This document shows positions 52,201 to 63,404 of a stretch of 64,000 bases of DNA, piece by piece. Source of the stretch: Candidatus Elulimicrobium sp. (GTDB lineage: Bacteria > Omnitrophota > Gorgyraeia > Zapsychrales > Fredricksoniimonadaceae); the NCBI GenBank assembly GCA_020720365.1, contig DYOU01000003.1, forward strand, positions 4,719-68,718, in the 5' to 3' direction. Positions within the stretch are counted from its first letter, which is position 1; the number at the start of each line of letters is the position of its first letter. Made by a program: the position numbers and the translations under genes. Under the pieces are notes generated by a model. It had not been told where the DNA came from. It worked only from the letters and a program-made list of their open reading frames with translations, and did not search any database.

Positions 52201-53142
52201 ATGCCTGCTTTGCCAATGCTCTTTCTTGAGCGGTTAAAGACTATTTTACCTGAAGTCCATTACGAATCTGTTACTGCTCGGTTTACTACCTCATTAACCT
52301 CGGCGATACGGGTCAATCTTTTAAAGATTGATCTCATATCTGCTCAGAATTTTCTTACTGATCTGGGGATTCATTTCATTCAGCACCCTTCATTATCCAG
52401 TGTCCTTATTGTTTCTTCTGAAGCCCGGCGTCAGCTCCGTGAAGCAAGTCAATTTAGGGAAGGCCTCTTGTATTGGCAGGCACCTTCAAGTATTCTTCCA
52501 GTAGCTGTTTTAGATCCACAAGCTAAAGAAAGAATTCTAGATTTTTGTGCAGCTCCAGGTAGTAAAACAACTCAAATCGCTGCACAGGTTCAAAATAGGG
52601 CTGAAATTACAGCCATAGAAGCTATTAAAGGACGTTTTTATAAATTAAAGACCGTTGTATCTATGATGGGAGCTAATGTTCATTGTGTCCTAATGGATGC
52701 TCGTCGTTTTAAGCCGAATGATCCACTGTTCGATAGGGTACTTGTTGATGCTCCTTGCAGCTCTGAAGGCAGGTTTGATATCAAGGATAAAGAGTCTATT
52801 GGATATTGGAGTCTTCATAAAATCAAAGAAATGGCACATAAACAAAAAGGACTTTTGTTAAGTGCAAGCCGTTGTGTTAAACCAGGTGGAGTTCTTGTCT
52901 ATTCCACATGCACATTAGCACCTGAAGAAAATGAAGCTGTGGTAGATTGGTTTCTACGAAAGACCAAAGGCTATTATGCATTGCAGACATTTGAGCTTCC
53001 CGGGGTATCAAGATATCCTGCGTTAATACAATTTCAGGAACGTCAATATAAATATGATCTTTCATCATGTTGGAGAGTTTTGCCAGATAATCTTTTTTCA
53101 GCATTCTTTATAGCAAAGTTTGTCAGGATCCAGAATGATTGA
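52201..53142 (+). CDS. RsmB/RsmF (NOL1/NOP2/Sun) family RNA m5C methyltransferase
   Basis: SAM motif DFCAAPGSKT and the catalytic Cys motifs DAPCSSEG and YSTCT. Confidence 0.8.
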   Translation: MPALPMLFLERLKTILPEVHYESVTARFTTSLTSAIRVNLLKIDLISAQNFLTDLGIHFIQHPSLSSVLIVSSEARRQLREASQFREGLLYWQAPSSILPVAVLDPQAKERILDFCAAPGSKTTQIAAQVQNRAEITAIEAIKGRFYKLKTVVSMMGANVHCVLMDARRFKPNDPLFDRVLVDAPCSSEGRFDIKDKESIGYWSLHKIKEMAHKQKGLLLSASRCVKPGGVLVYSTCTLAPEENEAVVDWFLRKTKGYYALQTFELPGVSRYPALIQFQERQYKYDLSSCWRVLPDNLFSAFFIAKFVRIQND

Positions 53143-54064
53143 CCCTGCTGTTATAAAACCCTGGGGAATTGACTTATTACATGTTCGTTCAGATATTCCT
53201 ATCCCAGGAAGCCCGGAACGAACAGATTTTCGAACGGTCATTGAAGATGTTCATCAAGAATTATATATTATTGAAGCTGTTAAAACAAAATTTGCACCAG
53301 CTAAAATCCGTATCGCTCATATCCTTGAACAATTAAGCCTGGAGGGAATCCCCAAAGTTATTCCTTATTGTAAAACTCTGGATGGGACCTTTCTTTATTC
53401 TTATATTGAGCAAAGTTGGCAGGTCAGACCATATATTCAAGGAATTTCTCTCAATCGTCCGAGTTATGTTTTAGATTATTGGCGTGGTGAAGCCGTGGCT
53501 ACGTTCTTGCTGGCACTGAAAAATACCCATCTTATAGACGATAAGCCGATCTTTTCTTTACCTGCTTATATTAATCAATTATGTAAAACTATTCGTCAGA
53601 ATCGTCCTGGTATTTATGCCAATATTCGACCGATGTTTCAATACGTTCAAGAGAATCTTTATCCTGTTTATGATAGAATGCCGGTTTGTTTTTCACATGG
53701 GGATTATCATGCCCTTAACATAATATGGCAGGAAAAATCCATTGCGGCAGTCATTGATTGGGAATTTTGTGGTATTAAACCTGAGCTTTACGATGCCGCA
53801 AACATGGTATCTTGCCTGGGGATTGAAAACCCTGAGTCACTTTGGACAGGAGCGGTACTGCCATTTCTGCATACGTTACAGTCTTCGGGGCAGTATTCTG
53901 ACATAAGCATTAAGAATTTTATATTCTTGATTATAGCTTTACGGTTTGCTTGGTTAGCTGAATGGCTTCGCAAGAATGATAATGAAATGATCCGAATGGA
54001 ATTTGATTATTTTGATATTTTGTCAGCTCAAATCCGAAATTTATCGGCTATTTGGTGGAAATAA
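53135..54064 (+). CDS. Aminoglycoside/choline-kinase-fold phosphotransferase family protein
   Basis: Catalytic-loop HGDYHALNIIW and VIDWEF. Start set to ATG 53135, which overlaps the methyltransferase stop. Confidence 0.65.
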   Translation: MIDPAVIKPWGIDLLHVRSDIPIPGSPERTDFRTVIEDVHQELYIIEAVKTKFAPAKIRIAHILEQLSLEGIPKVIPYCKTLDGTFLYSYIEQSWQVRPYIQGISLNRPSYVLDYWRGEAVATFLLALKNTHLIDDKPIFSLPAYINQLCKTIRQNRPGIYANIRPMFQYVQENLYPVYDRMPVCFSHGDYHALNIIWQEKSIAAVIDWEFCGIKPELYDAANMVSCLGIENPESLWTGAVLPFLHTLQSSGQYSDISIKNFIFLIIALRFAWLAEWLRKNDNEMIRMEFDYFDILSAQIRNLSAIWWK

Positions 54065-54067
54065 TCC

Positions 54068-54877
54068 ATGCCACGGCAGATCACCCCACTTAAATCTACC
54101 TTTCATCCAACTTTTTTAAAAAACAGGAAGTGCATGGAAGTGTTCGATCAAATTTCCCGAAGAGCAGGTAAAGTGATCGTCGAATACGGCCTTATTCATC
54201 CCGGAGATAAGATTCTTGTTGCGGTATCAGGAGGGAAAGATAGTCTAACGCTATTAAATGTCCTCTTACATCGACAGTCTATCGCTCCCATTGATTTTGA
54301 ATTAATCGCAATTCATATTGATATGGGTATGCCTGGTCCGGATAAAGATAAGCTGGTGATGTATTTTGATGAACTTGGCGTGCGCTATCATATCGAATCC
54401 TCGTTCATCTTTACTACCATGGACGGGGGGTTGCATCCGGATGTTAATTGTTTTTGGTGCTCATGGAATCGACGAAAACTGTTATTTAAAGTGGCCGAGC
54501 GATTGGGAGCAAACAAAATTGCTTTAGGACATCATTTGGATGATATTGTTGAGACGATCCTCTTAAATCAGTTCTTCAAAGGTGAGATCAGCTCCATGTG
54601 CCCTAAACAAGGGATGTTTGATGGAAAGATGACTCTTATCCGGCCGTTAGCGTTAGAATATGAAAGAAAAATTATTGAATTTGCTGAAGTCTCAAATATT
54701 ATTTCTTTCGAGTCATGTCGTTGCTCTAAAGCAAATCAATCTCAACGAGAGGCTATCAAGAAGATATTATCCGGACTTGAAGTAGTTAATCCAGGCATTA
54801 AAATGAATATTTTCAATAGTCTTTCTAAGATTTTAACTGAATATCTTCCGCAAAAAGTGAATGATTTTTGTATTTAG
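54068..54877 (+). CDS. ttcA: tRNA 2-thiocytidine biosynthesis protein TtcA (PP-loop ATPase)
   Basis: PP-loop VAVSGGKDSL and Cys motifs CFWCSWNRR and SCRCSK. The internal ATG at 54134 is an alternative start. Confidence 0.8.
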   Translation: MPRQITPLKSTFHPTFLKNRKCMEVFDQISRRAGKVIVEYGLIHPGDKILVAVSGGKDSLTLLNVLLHRQSIAPIDFELIAIHIDMGMPGPDKDKLVMYFDELGVRYHIESSFIFTTMDGGLHPDVNCFWCSWNRRKLLFKVAERLGANKIALGHHLDDIVETILLNQFFKGEISSMCPKQGMFDGKMTLIRPLALEYERKIIEFAEVSNIISFESCRCSKANQSQREAIKKILSGLEVVNPGIKMNIFNSLSKILTEYLPQKVNDFCI

Positions 54878-54906
54878 ATCATGGTTGTGGTTACAATGTG
54901 ATATAA

Positions 54907-56466
<1,560 letters not shown>

Positions 56467-56604
56467 TTTGTTTTAAAAATTTGTTTTGAAAATTACTTTT
56501 ATGGGTCTTCTGACTTTTTAGTGGATAAAAGCGAGCCTTCCCCCGTCGCTATACGATCTAGGAGAACTTGATACATTTGTTGGAAGTCGTTAAGGTCATG
56601 GTCT

Positions 56605-57104
56605 ATGGACAAAAAGACCACATTAAAAGACCTGTATAGCTTCCCCGGATTCTGAGCAAATTTGGCGTTAACTCCGCACCCTGAGCATCCCGGAGGAATG
56701 ATCCTGCGGCTCCGGAGATCTCAAAAAAAACGACTTATGCCTGCGGACATAGTCAATGCCGTTGGTATGACATTAGCCTTCGGCTTGTTCGAGATATTGA
56801 TACCGGTAATACGCCGATCTATCTGGAACTCCAGACCCTCTGTATTGATTGCCCAAGGCGCCAAGTCGTGAAGACCAAATTTCTTGCCAGGCTCTGGAAC
56901 CATGGCCGGTTCATCAAACGGTTCGAGGAAGAAATCGGGCGAATGGCCCAGCAAATACCTCTGACCGATGTGCCCGAATTGAACCAGATCAGTTGGGATC
57001 AAGCCTGGTGCATGGAGCTGGAATACATGAGGGATTTGATGACCAAGCAAGGCCTGTATGACCGTCTTCGGGTCTTTGACGATGACTTCCGTGTATTCGT
57101 CTAA
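56605..57104 (+). pseudogene. ISL3-family-like transposase relic: N-terminal region only, with an in-frame stop and a frameshift and no DDE domain
   Basis: ATG 56605 gives MDKKTTLKDLYSFPGF, then TGA at 56653. The reading continues (ANLALTPHPEHPGGMILRLRR) and shifts frame at an A8 run (56723-56730) into YACGHSQCRWYDISLRLVRDIDTGNTPIYLELQTLCIDCPRRQVVKTKF...RFIKRFEEEIGRMAQQIPLTDVPELNQISWDQ. This matches the zinc-finger plus HTH layout of ISL3 transposase N-termini. It ends at 57104, where a DDE domain would begin. Confidence 0.55.
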
Positions 57105-57202
57105 GCTTTGTGAACTCATAATGTCACCCCTTTCATCAATTTTAAGGGTAACATTTATTATGAGTCAATTCGCAGAAAAAGTTGGATATTTGATAGACAG
57201 CC

Positions 57203-58855
57203 ATGGGTTTTCTGTTTAATATGTATAACATGATGAATAAATTTCTTTTGAATTTTTCTCAATCCTCGTTAAGAAACATATTCTCTTTTTGGGCTTTTTT
57301 AATCTTATTTCTCTTCACAGCCCAGTCCTCATTCGCACAAGTTTCAACAACCCAAGACCTATCGGTGGTTACATATGGTGTAAGTGGGAATCGGGATCGA
57401 TCCTTTTTTCCAAAGGATCAGACACGTTACCTGTATGAAGGGACGGTTACGTTTGATAAGGAGGTGTCTGGCAGTAGCGGGACCAAAGAATGGCTAGGAG
57501 ACATTGTTTATCGCTCTACCGATGATGTTTTGGTTGATCCCTATGACTTTACCCTTCAGCATATGTCGCTGGAACGCCGCACAAAGCAAATGAATGTAGT
57601 CGCCGGTGATTTTGTTGGATATTTAAGTGACTATTCGGTTAATAATGCACTTAAGGGAGCAAAGGTTGAATGGAATCACGCGAGTACTCCGACCAAGATT
57701 ATTTTCCTGTCTGGCGTCGATGCTTCGTCATGGAATGGTTTGTTGAACGAACGCAAGGACGATGGCAGCATTAAGCGACGCTATGTCCGGGGTGGTCGAT
57801 ATGAAACTGCTTTTGCAGATAAAAAAATAATATGGGGCATGAATTACGGCGGAGCTTCAGATGATAGGGCTTATTTTACTGCAACCGAAATATACAAAGA
57901 TATTAATGTCGTAAGTACCGACTTTCGCTATCAATTTTCCAACGCGCTTTTGTTGAGAGGAGATTTGGCTGGAAGTTCGCGTGAAGCGCATACCGGGGAA
58001 GGTATCGTTTATGACCCCAAACGCGACAAGGCATACCGTCTTGGGATTGACATTAATAAGGGAAAGTATACGGGATCGTGGGAATACAGTTCTGTCGGGC
58101 CTCATTTTGAAACAACCGGCGGGTTTGCCACGCAGGATTTAGAATCTTTACGGGGCAGTAATACATTTTTCCTAACGCCCATGCTTTCTCTTTCCCCGTA
58201 CCTTTATCTTACTCGCGATAATTTAAAGAATCTTAAGTCTGCCCGCTCCAATCAAGTCAATCCGGGAACTCTGATAACCTGGTCTTTGCCTTGGAGTCTG
58301 TCGTTAACTGCCGGTGGAGATTTTCGTAAACAATATTCCGACGACAAATCCATCAGTAATAATACAGATACATGGACGCTGGGTTTATCCCGTTCCTTTA
58401 ATCTGGTCACGGTTGGGCTGAACTATGCCCAGGCCTATGTTCGGGATCATGTGAACCCTGACCAGGAGCGTGATAGAGATTCTCTCGGGCTTAATTTCAA
58501 CGGGCAATTTAATCTGGGTAAGACCGGGGTGTCCTGGGATATGGGAGAGATAGTTGGGTTGGAAAAGAATCTTGTGGCAGGAAAAAGAGATCTGCTTTTG
58601 ATGCATTCTGCCGGGGCGCGTTTCAATTTGCCAACGGGGCTGAATTTCGGAGGTAGAGCCTCAATTACAGATAATAATTATTATATGAATACCAATGATG
58701 CCAATCTGTGGCAATACACTGCTTTTATTTCAAAGGAGATCGGACGGGTTTTTGTTTATTCACTGGAATATCTGCGGAATAATAATAACTTCAATGACCC
58801 TAATAATGATTATTGTGAGCAGAAGATAACGGCTAAAATTTCCTGCCATTTTTAA
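57203..58855 (+). CDS. Predicted outer-membrane beta-barrel protein, unknown family
   Basis: 550 aa with a signal peptide ending FTAQSSFAQ. Sequence is Gly/Tyr/Asn/Ser-rich with alternating hydrophobicity and no long hydrophobic helices. The C-terminal beta-signal ITAKISCHF ends in Phe. Confidence 0.65.
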   Translation: MGFLFNMYNMMNKFLLNFSQSSLRNIFSFWAFLILFLFTAQSSFAQVSTTQDLSVVTYGVSGNRDRSFFPKDQTRYLYEGTVTFDKEVSGSSGTKEWLGDIVYRSTDDVLVDPYDFTLQHMSLERRTKQMNVVAGDFVGYLSDYSVNNALKGAKVEWNHASTPTKIIFLSGVDASSWNGLLNERKDDGSIKRRYVRGGRYETAFADKKIIWGMNYGGASDDRAYFTATEIYKDINVVSTDFRYQFSNALLLRGDLAGSSREAHTGEGIVYDPKRDKAYRLGIDINKGKYTGSWEYSSVGPHFETTGGFATQDLESLRGSNTFFLTPMLSLSPYLYLTRDNLKNLKSARSNQVNPGTLITWSLPWSLSLTAGGDFRKQYSDDKSISNNTDTWTLGLSRSFNLVTVGLNYAQAYVRDHVNPDQERDRDSLGLNFNGQFNLGKTGVSWDMGEIVGLEKNLVAGKRDLLLMHSAGARFNLPTGLNFGGRASITDNNYYMNTNDANLWQYTAFISKEIGRVFVYSLEYLRNNNNFNDPNNDYCEQKITAKISCHF

Positions 58856-58897
58856 AATTCAACAAGTTAGTCTCTGCCCTTTAAAAAGGAGAAGAAA

Positions 58898-61800
58898 ATG
58901 AGTGGTCAAAAACAGGTTTTTACGAACAAATTCATCGTGGTATTCATGCTTATGATTTTCTCGACGATTGTTATTGTGCCAATGGTTTGGGCTGCTCCCG
59001 GAGATTTTGATAAATTTGTAGAGCAGACTCACAAGACACAGAACGATCTGGTTGAACTGAACAAGCAGCTTGGCGCCGAAACGCAGAAGGATCTGAATAA
59101 TGCAAAATTGCGCTTGGCAATGGCGAAGACACTCAACCAATCAACTAAAGAACTTAAAGAAACTTTCTCGAACCTCAAGAGTCTTACAGAAGCAGTCTCC
59201 AAGCTGCACATCCCTTATGTAAGCATGGCAGCCCTGGCGCTTTCGAAAACCCTGGAAAGTACGAACGATAAAGTTACAAAGGTGGACGATGCGGCCGAAA
59301 AACTTGAAAAGGAGGCGAAGCCGATCAGGGAATCTATTATGAAGGTGATCACAGCCAGGGACCGCATTGTAAGCAAGATCAGCCTTTTCAATACTGCCGT
59401 TAACTACGGCCTTTATCCGGTCGCGACAAGCGTTAAACGCTGTGTGGCCCATTCAAAATCTCCTTTAAAGGAACAGTATGAGGAAACAATGGATGTCATC
59501 GGCGCAACCCTATTGCCCGAGATCAATGCGCTGGACATTGCCGCCGTAGAAACAACGAATAAGCTCAAAAGAATTCATGCGGCTACAAACGATCTTCTCT
59601 TATATACAGATTCGCTGGAGCTGTTCGGAAAAACTATTTCTAAATTTCGCGACAATGTAAAAAAGGAAACAGACGCTTTGAACAAGGCCGTGGATGCCAT
59701 GCATAAGAGGGTATCCATTTCCTTTCGTGTTTTGGGTAAGAATTACAGCGAATCGTTTACTATTGATGAAGTCATGCGAGAGTTTGATATCTTGGTCGGC
59801 ATGATAAAGCATAAAGTCGGCAAGGTTCTCTGGAAGGCATTGGAAAAGATAGGCGCGAGGGAATATGTTCAAGACCTCATTGACGAAGCGAATCAAGTCC
59901 TCAACGACTCGGCCAAAAAGATCGGCAAGTCGCTAACAGACAAGATAGATGGTCTGGATAACTTTATCGGACTGCCGAGCCGAATCGAAGAAACATTGGC
60001 GGAATTGAAAGAATTGACTCAAATCCCGGACATGGATTTCTCTGCGCCGTCGAACGCGAACTCTGATTTAAATAAAGAAGGCTGCGGCCGCGGCGAAACG
60101 TGCGGGGCCAGCTGTCAGGAAGGGGAAGCGGTTGACTTGGCGGTAGTAGACGTTTCTGTAAGCAGCGACCTCATGGTTGGCGTTTCGGGGCAAGTTACTG
60201 TTGTCTTGAAGAACCTGTCGGGGAAGATTGCCACCGGTGCCGTGTTAAAAGTCTATGCAGATGATGGTTTTCAGGATAAGAAGACAGGTTTGCGTCTTGC
60301 GAGTCATGAAGAAAAGAAAGTTGTTTTTAACTGGACTCCCAGGGCGTCTGGTGACGAGGAGCTGTCTGTCAATATTTTTCCTTCCACGCAGGATGAGGAT
60401 GAAAACAATAATGAAAGGATCATCACTGCAACGGTGAAGCCGGCAGAGGTAGATCAGTCGGTTGACGAGGTTGTGCTGCCGGAGCTGGTTGAGAAAGATG
60501 TTCCGGTTACAATAAGCATTACTTTCTCGCAAAAGTCCGGTGAACCAGCTGCCGCAACCTTGAAGGTCAAGGCTGATGACGGGTTTACTTACAAGGACGA
60601 TTCGCTTGAATTGAAAACAGGCGAGAGTAAAAAGGTCGATGTCAAGTGGACGCCAAAGAAATTGGGGCCAGCCGTTGTGAAAGTGGAAATTATCCCGATA
60701 TCCAGCCGTCCGGAAACCGACGAAAGCAACAATCTCAAGGAATTGTCCACAAACGTTGTTTTGTGTAAAATCGACTTGTCTGTCGATGAGATCGTTCCTC
60801 CACGAGGTGATTTCTACGTCAATGAGAAGGCTTTGATAACGGTAAAAGTAAAGAACAACGGACCGCGGGATACGGATGGTGCGGCGAATGTCACCTTAAC
60901 GTCTTCAGTTGGAATGGATTGTCTCCAGGAAATTTCTTTGAAAAAGGGTGCATCCGGCGAGACGAAGTGTGAATGGACGCCGGAGAAAGAAGGGGAGGTC
61001 ACTTTTGACGCGAAGATCGATCCTGATACTGGTGCCGGTGATCTGAAGCCGGAAGACAATCAGAAAACAAGGAAAGCTCTTGTTCGCGCGGCAGCGGAGA
61101 TGGAGGTTGTGATCAGTGAAATGCGTCTGCCGACACCGATCCAGTCCGGGCAGGAGGTAAAATTTTACGTTCAATTGCACAATAAAACGCCCCGCCGAAG
61201 CGTTGATGTCGAGTTGATCCTGACGGCGGACGATGGATATTATGAATCTCAGGTGGTGACGATACGCCCCGAATCCGTCATAGGGTTAGACGGACACTGG
61301 ACACCTAAGGAGGGCGGGAGTTTTACGGTAAAGGCTGAGGTTCGGGGGGTGACGGAAAATAATACCATTACATCTGAAAGTACTAGATCCACTGCGGCTG
61401 TTGTGTTTCCAGCTATGCCGGGAGAAGGGCTTTCCGGGCTTCCCGATAAGGCAGCGATTCAGCAGGAGATCTCCAGTCTTCTGGATGATCTGAAGACGTC
61501 GTACTCGACGGGTAATCAGGCGACTTTGGCAGAGCTCGTTTCCAAACGCTTCCCGAATTACGCCCAATTCATTCACTCGCTCCAGGAGGACGTATTCTCG
61601 TTCCGTAACGCTAGTCTTTTTTACCGGATCAATTCGCTTGATGTGGCTTCAGACTTGTCATCGGCTGTCTCCAGCGTTCACTGGGAAGTGCAGTTCATGC
61701 TCCCGACCGGAAAGGTTTACCGCAAGACCGCCGAAATATCCATGCGTTTTGTGAAGGAAGGCGAGAGCTGGACTATTGATGGCCTTGCGAACAATACGAT

Positions 61801-62161
61801 CTTCGGGGCGTCGCTGCTTTCGTCGGTCGATCTGGATCTTTTGCTTTCCGGGCTTGATGTAGCGGCTTCCGGGGTTAATGTCACGGTCACAGGTGTCGTT
61901 GTCCAGAATAAGGGTAACGACCTGGCGCAGAATTTCCGGGTGGGATACACTTACCGGCGTTCCGGCGGTCAAACATACACCGGGTACTCGACGGTCAGCG
62001 TGCTTCGTGCGGGTGGACAAACCACGCTGACATTCACATTTTCGGGCGTGGCATTTGTTCCGGCTCCGGGAGATACACTCAGGATAGAAGTGGATCCGGA
62101 TCATAATATCCCGGAATTAAAGACCAGTGATAATATCAATACAGAGCGATTCCCTTTCTAA
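58898..62161 (+). CDS. Large surface/secreted protein: N-terminal anchor, long alpha-helical region, Cys cluster, five CARDB-like beta-sandwich domains and an NTF2-like insert
   Basis: 1087 aa with AAGGAG upstream and N-terminal hydrophobic FIVVFMLMIFSTIVIVPMVWA. About 370 aa of Lys/Glu/Leu-rich helix, then CGRGETCGASC. Four tandem roughly 105-aa repeats each start V/I-D-L/Q-x-V-x-E/D-V and end with ...N-N-x motifs (for example VDLAVVDVSVSSD...DENNNERIITATV), and a fifth copy sits at the C-terminus. The segment AAIQQEISSLLDDLKTSY...SWTIDG resembles an NTF2/SnoaL-like fold. Confidence 0.7.
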   Translation: MSGQKQVFTNKFIVVFMLMIFSTIVIVPMVWAAPGDFDKFVEQTHKTQNDLVELNKQLGAETQKDLNNAKLRLAMAKTLNQSTKELKETFSNLKSLTEAVSKLHIPYVSMAALALSKTLESTNDKVTKVDDAAEKLEKEAKPIRESIMKVITARDRIVSKISLFNTAVNYGLYPVATSVKRCVAHSKSPLKEQYEETMDVIGATLLPEINALDIAAVETTNKLKRIHAATNDLLLYTDSLELFGKTISKFRDNVKKETDALNKAVDAMHKRVSISFRVLGKNYSESFTIDEVMREFDILVGMIKHKVGKVLWKALEKIGAREYVQDLIDEANQVLNDSAKKIGKSLTDKIDGLDNFIGLPSRIEETLAELKELTQIPDMDFSAPSNANSDLNKEGCGRGETCGASCQEGEAVDLAVVDVSVSSDLMVGVSGQVTVVLKNLSGKIATGAVLKVYADDGFQDKKTGLRLASHEEKKVVFNWTPRASGDEELSVNIFPSTQDEDENNNERIITATVKPAEVDQSVDEVVLPELVEKDVPVTISITFSQKSGEPAAATLKVKADDGFTYKDDSLELKTGESKKVDVKWTPKKLGPAVVKVEIIPISSRPETDESNNLKELSTNVVLCKIDLSVDEIVPPRGDFYVNEKALITVKVKNNGPRDTDGAANVTLTSSVGMDCLQEISLKKGASGETKCEWTPEKEGEVTFDAKIDPDTGAGDLKPEDNQKTRKALVRAAAEMEVVISEMRLPTPIQSGQEVKFYVQLHNKTPRRSVDVELILTADDGYYESQVVTIRPESVIGLDGHWTPKEGGSFTVKAEVRGVTENNTITSESTRSTAAVVFPAMPGEGLSGLPDKAAIQQEISSLLDDLKTSYSTGNQATLAELVSKRFPNYAQFIHSLQEDVFSFRNASLFYRINSLDVASDLSSAVSSVHWEVQFMLPTGKVYRKTAEISMRFVKEGESWTIDGLANNTIFGASLLSSVDLDLLLSGLDVAASGVNVTVTGVVVQNKGNDLAQNFRVGYTYRRSGGQTYTGYSTVSVLRAGGQTTLTFTFSGVAFVPAPGDTLRIEVDPDHNIPELKTSDNINTERFPF

Positions 62162-62313
62162 TGGCGCGATTGAAGAAATCGATATACAATCGCCAGAATT
62201 ATTATATAATCCAAATCACGAAAAAAGCACGGATTTAGCACATTCTGTTTTTTGTGAAAAGAAATATTTTGAGATGTCTCGTAACTAGTTGAGAATAAAT
62301 AATTTAGGATTTC

Positions 62314-62390
62314 GGGTCGGTAGCTCAGTTTGGGAGAGCGCCTCGTTCGCAATGAGGAGGTCGTGGGTTCGATCCCCATCCGATCCACCA
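62314..62390 (+). tRNA. tRNA-Ala (anticodon CGC), CCA encoded
   Basis: Cloverleaf folded by hand. Acceptor GGGTCGG/CCGATCC includes the G3:U70 alanine identity pair. D-arm GCTC-AGTTTGGGA-GAGC, anticodon arm CCTCG-TTCGCAA-TGAGG, T-arm GTGGG-TTCGATC-CCCAT, discriminator A, then CCA. Confidence 0.9.
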
Positions 62391-62405
62391 TTTATCTTCT
62401 ATAAG

Positions 62406-62450
62406 AAAAACACCTCCTACCAGAAATGGCGGAGGTGTTTTTCTGTTTTT
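62406..62450 (+). terminator. Rho-independent terminator downstream of tRNA-Ala
   Basis: AAAAACACCTCC ... GGAGGTGTTTTTCTGTTTTT. The 7-bp GC-rich stem is CACCTCC (62411-62417) / GGAGGTG (62431-62437), with A/T extensions and a T-run. Confidence 0.75.
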
Positions 62451-62864
62451 AGGGACATCTCTTAATATTTGAAGCCCAATAGGTAATTTATAAAAGTGGT
62501 AAGGCGATACTGTTGGTCGTGACTGAATATGTGGCGCATTTTGATCAATTACCGAGTGCTTTGCTTCGAGAGAAACCTTATGACATTATTGATGTAGGAC
62601 GGAGGTTGCTTGAGAACTTGACAGGTATTCACAGGACGGAAGATCTGTATGCCGGAAAGATTCTGATCGCTCGTAAACTTTTACCTTCTGATGCACTCAA
62701 ATTAAGCTCTCAAGGTGCTTTAGGCGTTGTTTTGTTAAACGGAGGGGTTACATCCCATGTGGCTTTTTGGCAAGGTCATTGGATATTCCGTATCCGTCCG
62801 GCGAATACACTCCCCCTGCCAGACTTCCGCATAATTTTTAGATCAAATTAGAGACCGATTATTA

Positions 62865-63098
62865 CTAACGCGCCATCTGCCATTGATCCGGCAGGAGTTC
62901 ATGAAGTCGTTTGGCAGAATGGGTGTTGATGCGTTGCAGGACATCTTTAAAATATGCCCAGGTATTAATCTTGTTCTTGCGGCAGGTCGCGCAAAAGGTC
63001 ATAAGAACTGCGGCTGTGTGCCCGCTGGTCTCACTGCCGACAAATAAGATTCTTACGCCAGATGGGTTGGCCGGACGGATACGAAATATTACCGCAAT
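62865..63098 (-). mobile_element. IS66-family transposase C-terminal fragment (about 77 codons)
   Basis: The minus-strand translation is IAVIFRIRPANPSGVRILFVGSETSGHTAAVLMTFCATCRKNKINTWAYFKDVLQRINTHSAKRLHELLPDQWQMAR-stop. This matches the conserved IS66 TnpC tail pattern (A-I-R-P...G-R-K-N-x-L-F-x-G-S...T-C-K-x-N...Y-L-x-D-V-L-x-R-I...L-L-P-x-x-W). No upstream transposase body is present. Confidence 0.7.
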
Positions 63099-63135
63099 TC
63101 AGAGCCTATGCCAGATGGATTGGCCGGACGGATAC
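63057..63135. repeat. 26-nt direct repeat (1 mismatch) derived from the IS66 fragment, with a third diverged inverted copy at 62789-62805
   Basis: GCCAGATGGGTTGGCCGGACGGATAC (63057-63082) and GCCAGATGGATTGGCCGGACGGATAC (63110-63135). The reverse complement core CGTATCCGTCCGGCGAA occurs at 62789-62805. Confidence 0.85.
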
Positions 63136-63404
63136 TTCTGTATTACGTGCGCTTAAACGCACAGCTCAGGCGGCTATTTGTTATAAGAAGCCAATTTCTA
63201 TTTACGATGATATGGCACATGACCCCCGTTATATTCCCTTTTTGTTAGGGATAGGCGTTAGGACCATCAGTTTGGACGCAAGGTATATTCAACAGATTCA
63301 GGAATGTATTATGAGTATTAATATTTCTTCAGCCGAGCAGGTCGCTGGTCGCTTACTTCAGTTGCAGACTATTACAGCTATTGAGAACGAATTAAATACC
63401 TTTT

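Noticed and set aside
56721-57119. 132-aa minus-strand ORF opposite the ISL3-like relic
   Set aside because: The plus strand shows the zinc-finger/HTH pattern of an ISL3 transposase N-terminus across two frames. The minus-strand product has no recognisable motif and no SD, so I treat it as an antisense artefact, though not with certainty.
62162-62215. Hairpin GCGATTG-N14-CAATCGC right after the CARDB gene stop, considered as a terminator
   Set aside because: A 7-bp stem with a 14-nt loop and no following T-run is weak evidence, so I did not call it.
62158-62391. 77-aa minus-strand ORF beginning MVDRMGIEPTTSSLRTRRS
   Set aside because: It is the reverse translation of the tRNA-Ala gene (the classic GIEPTT artefact) plus AT-rich spacer, not a gene.
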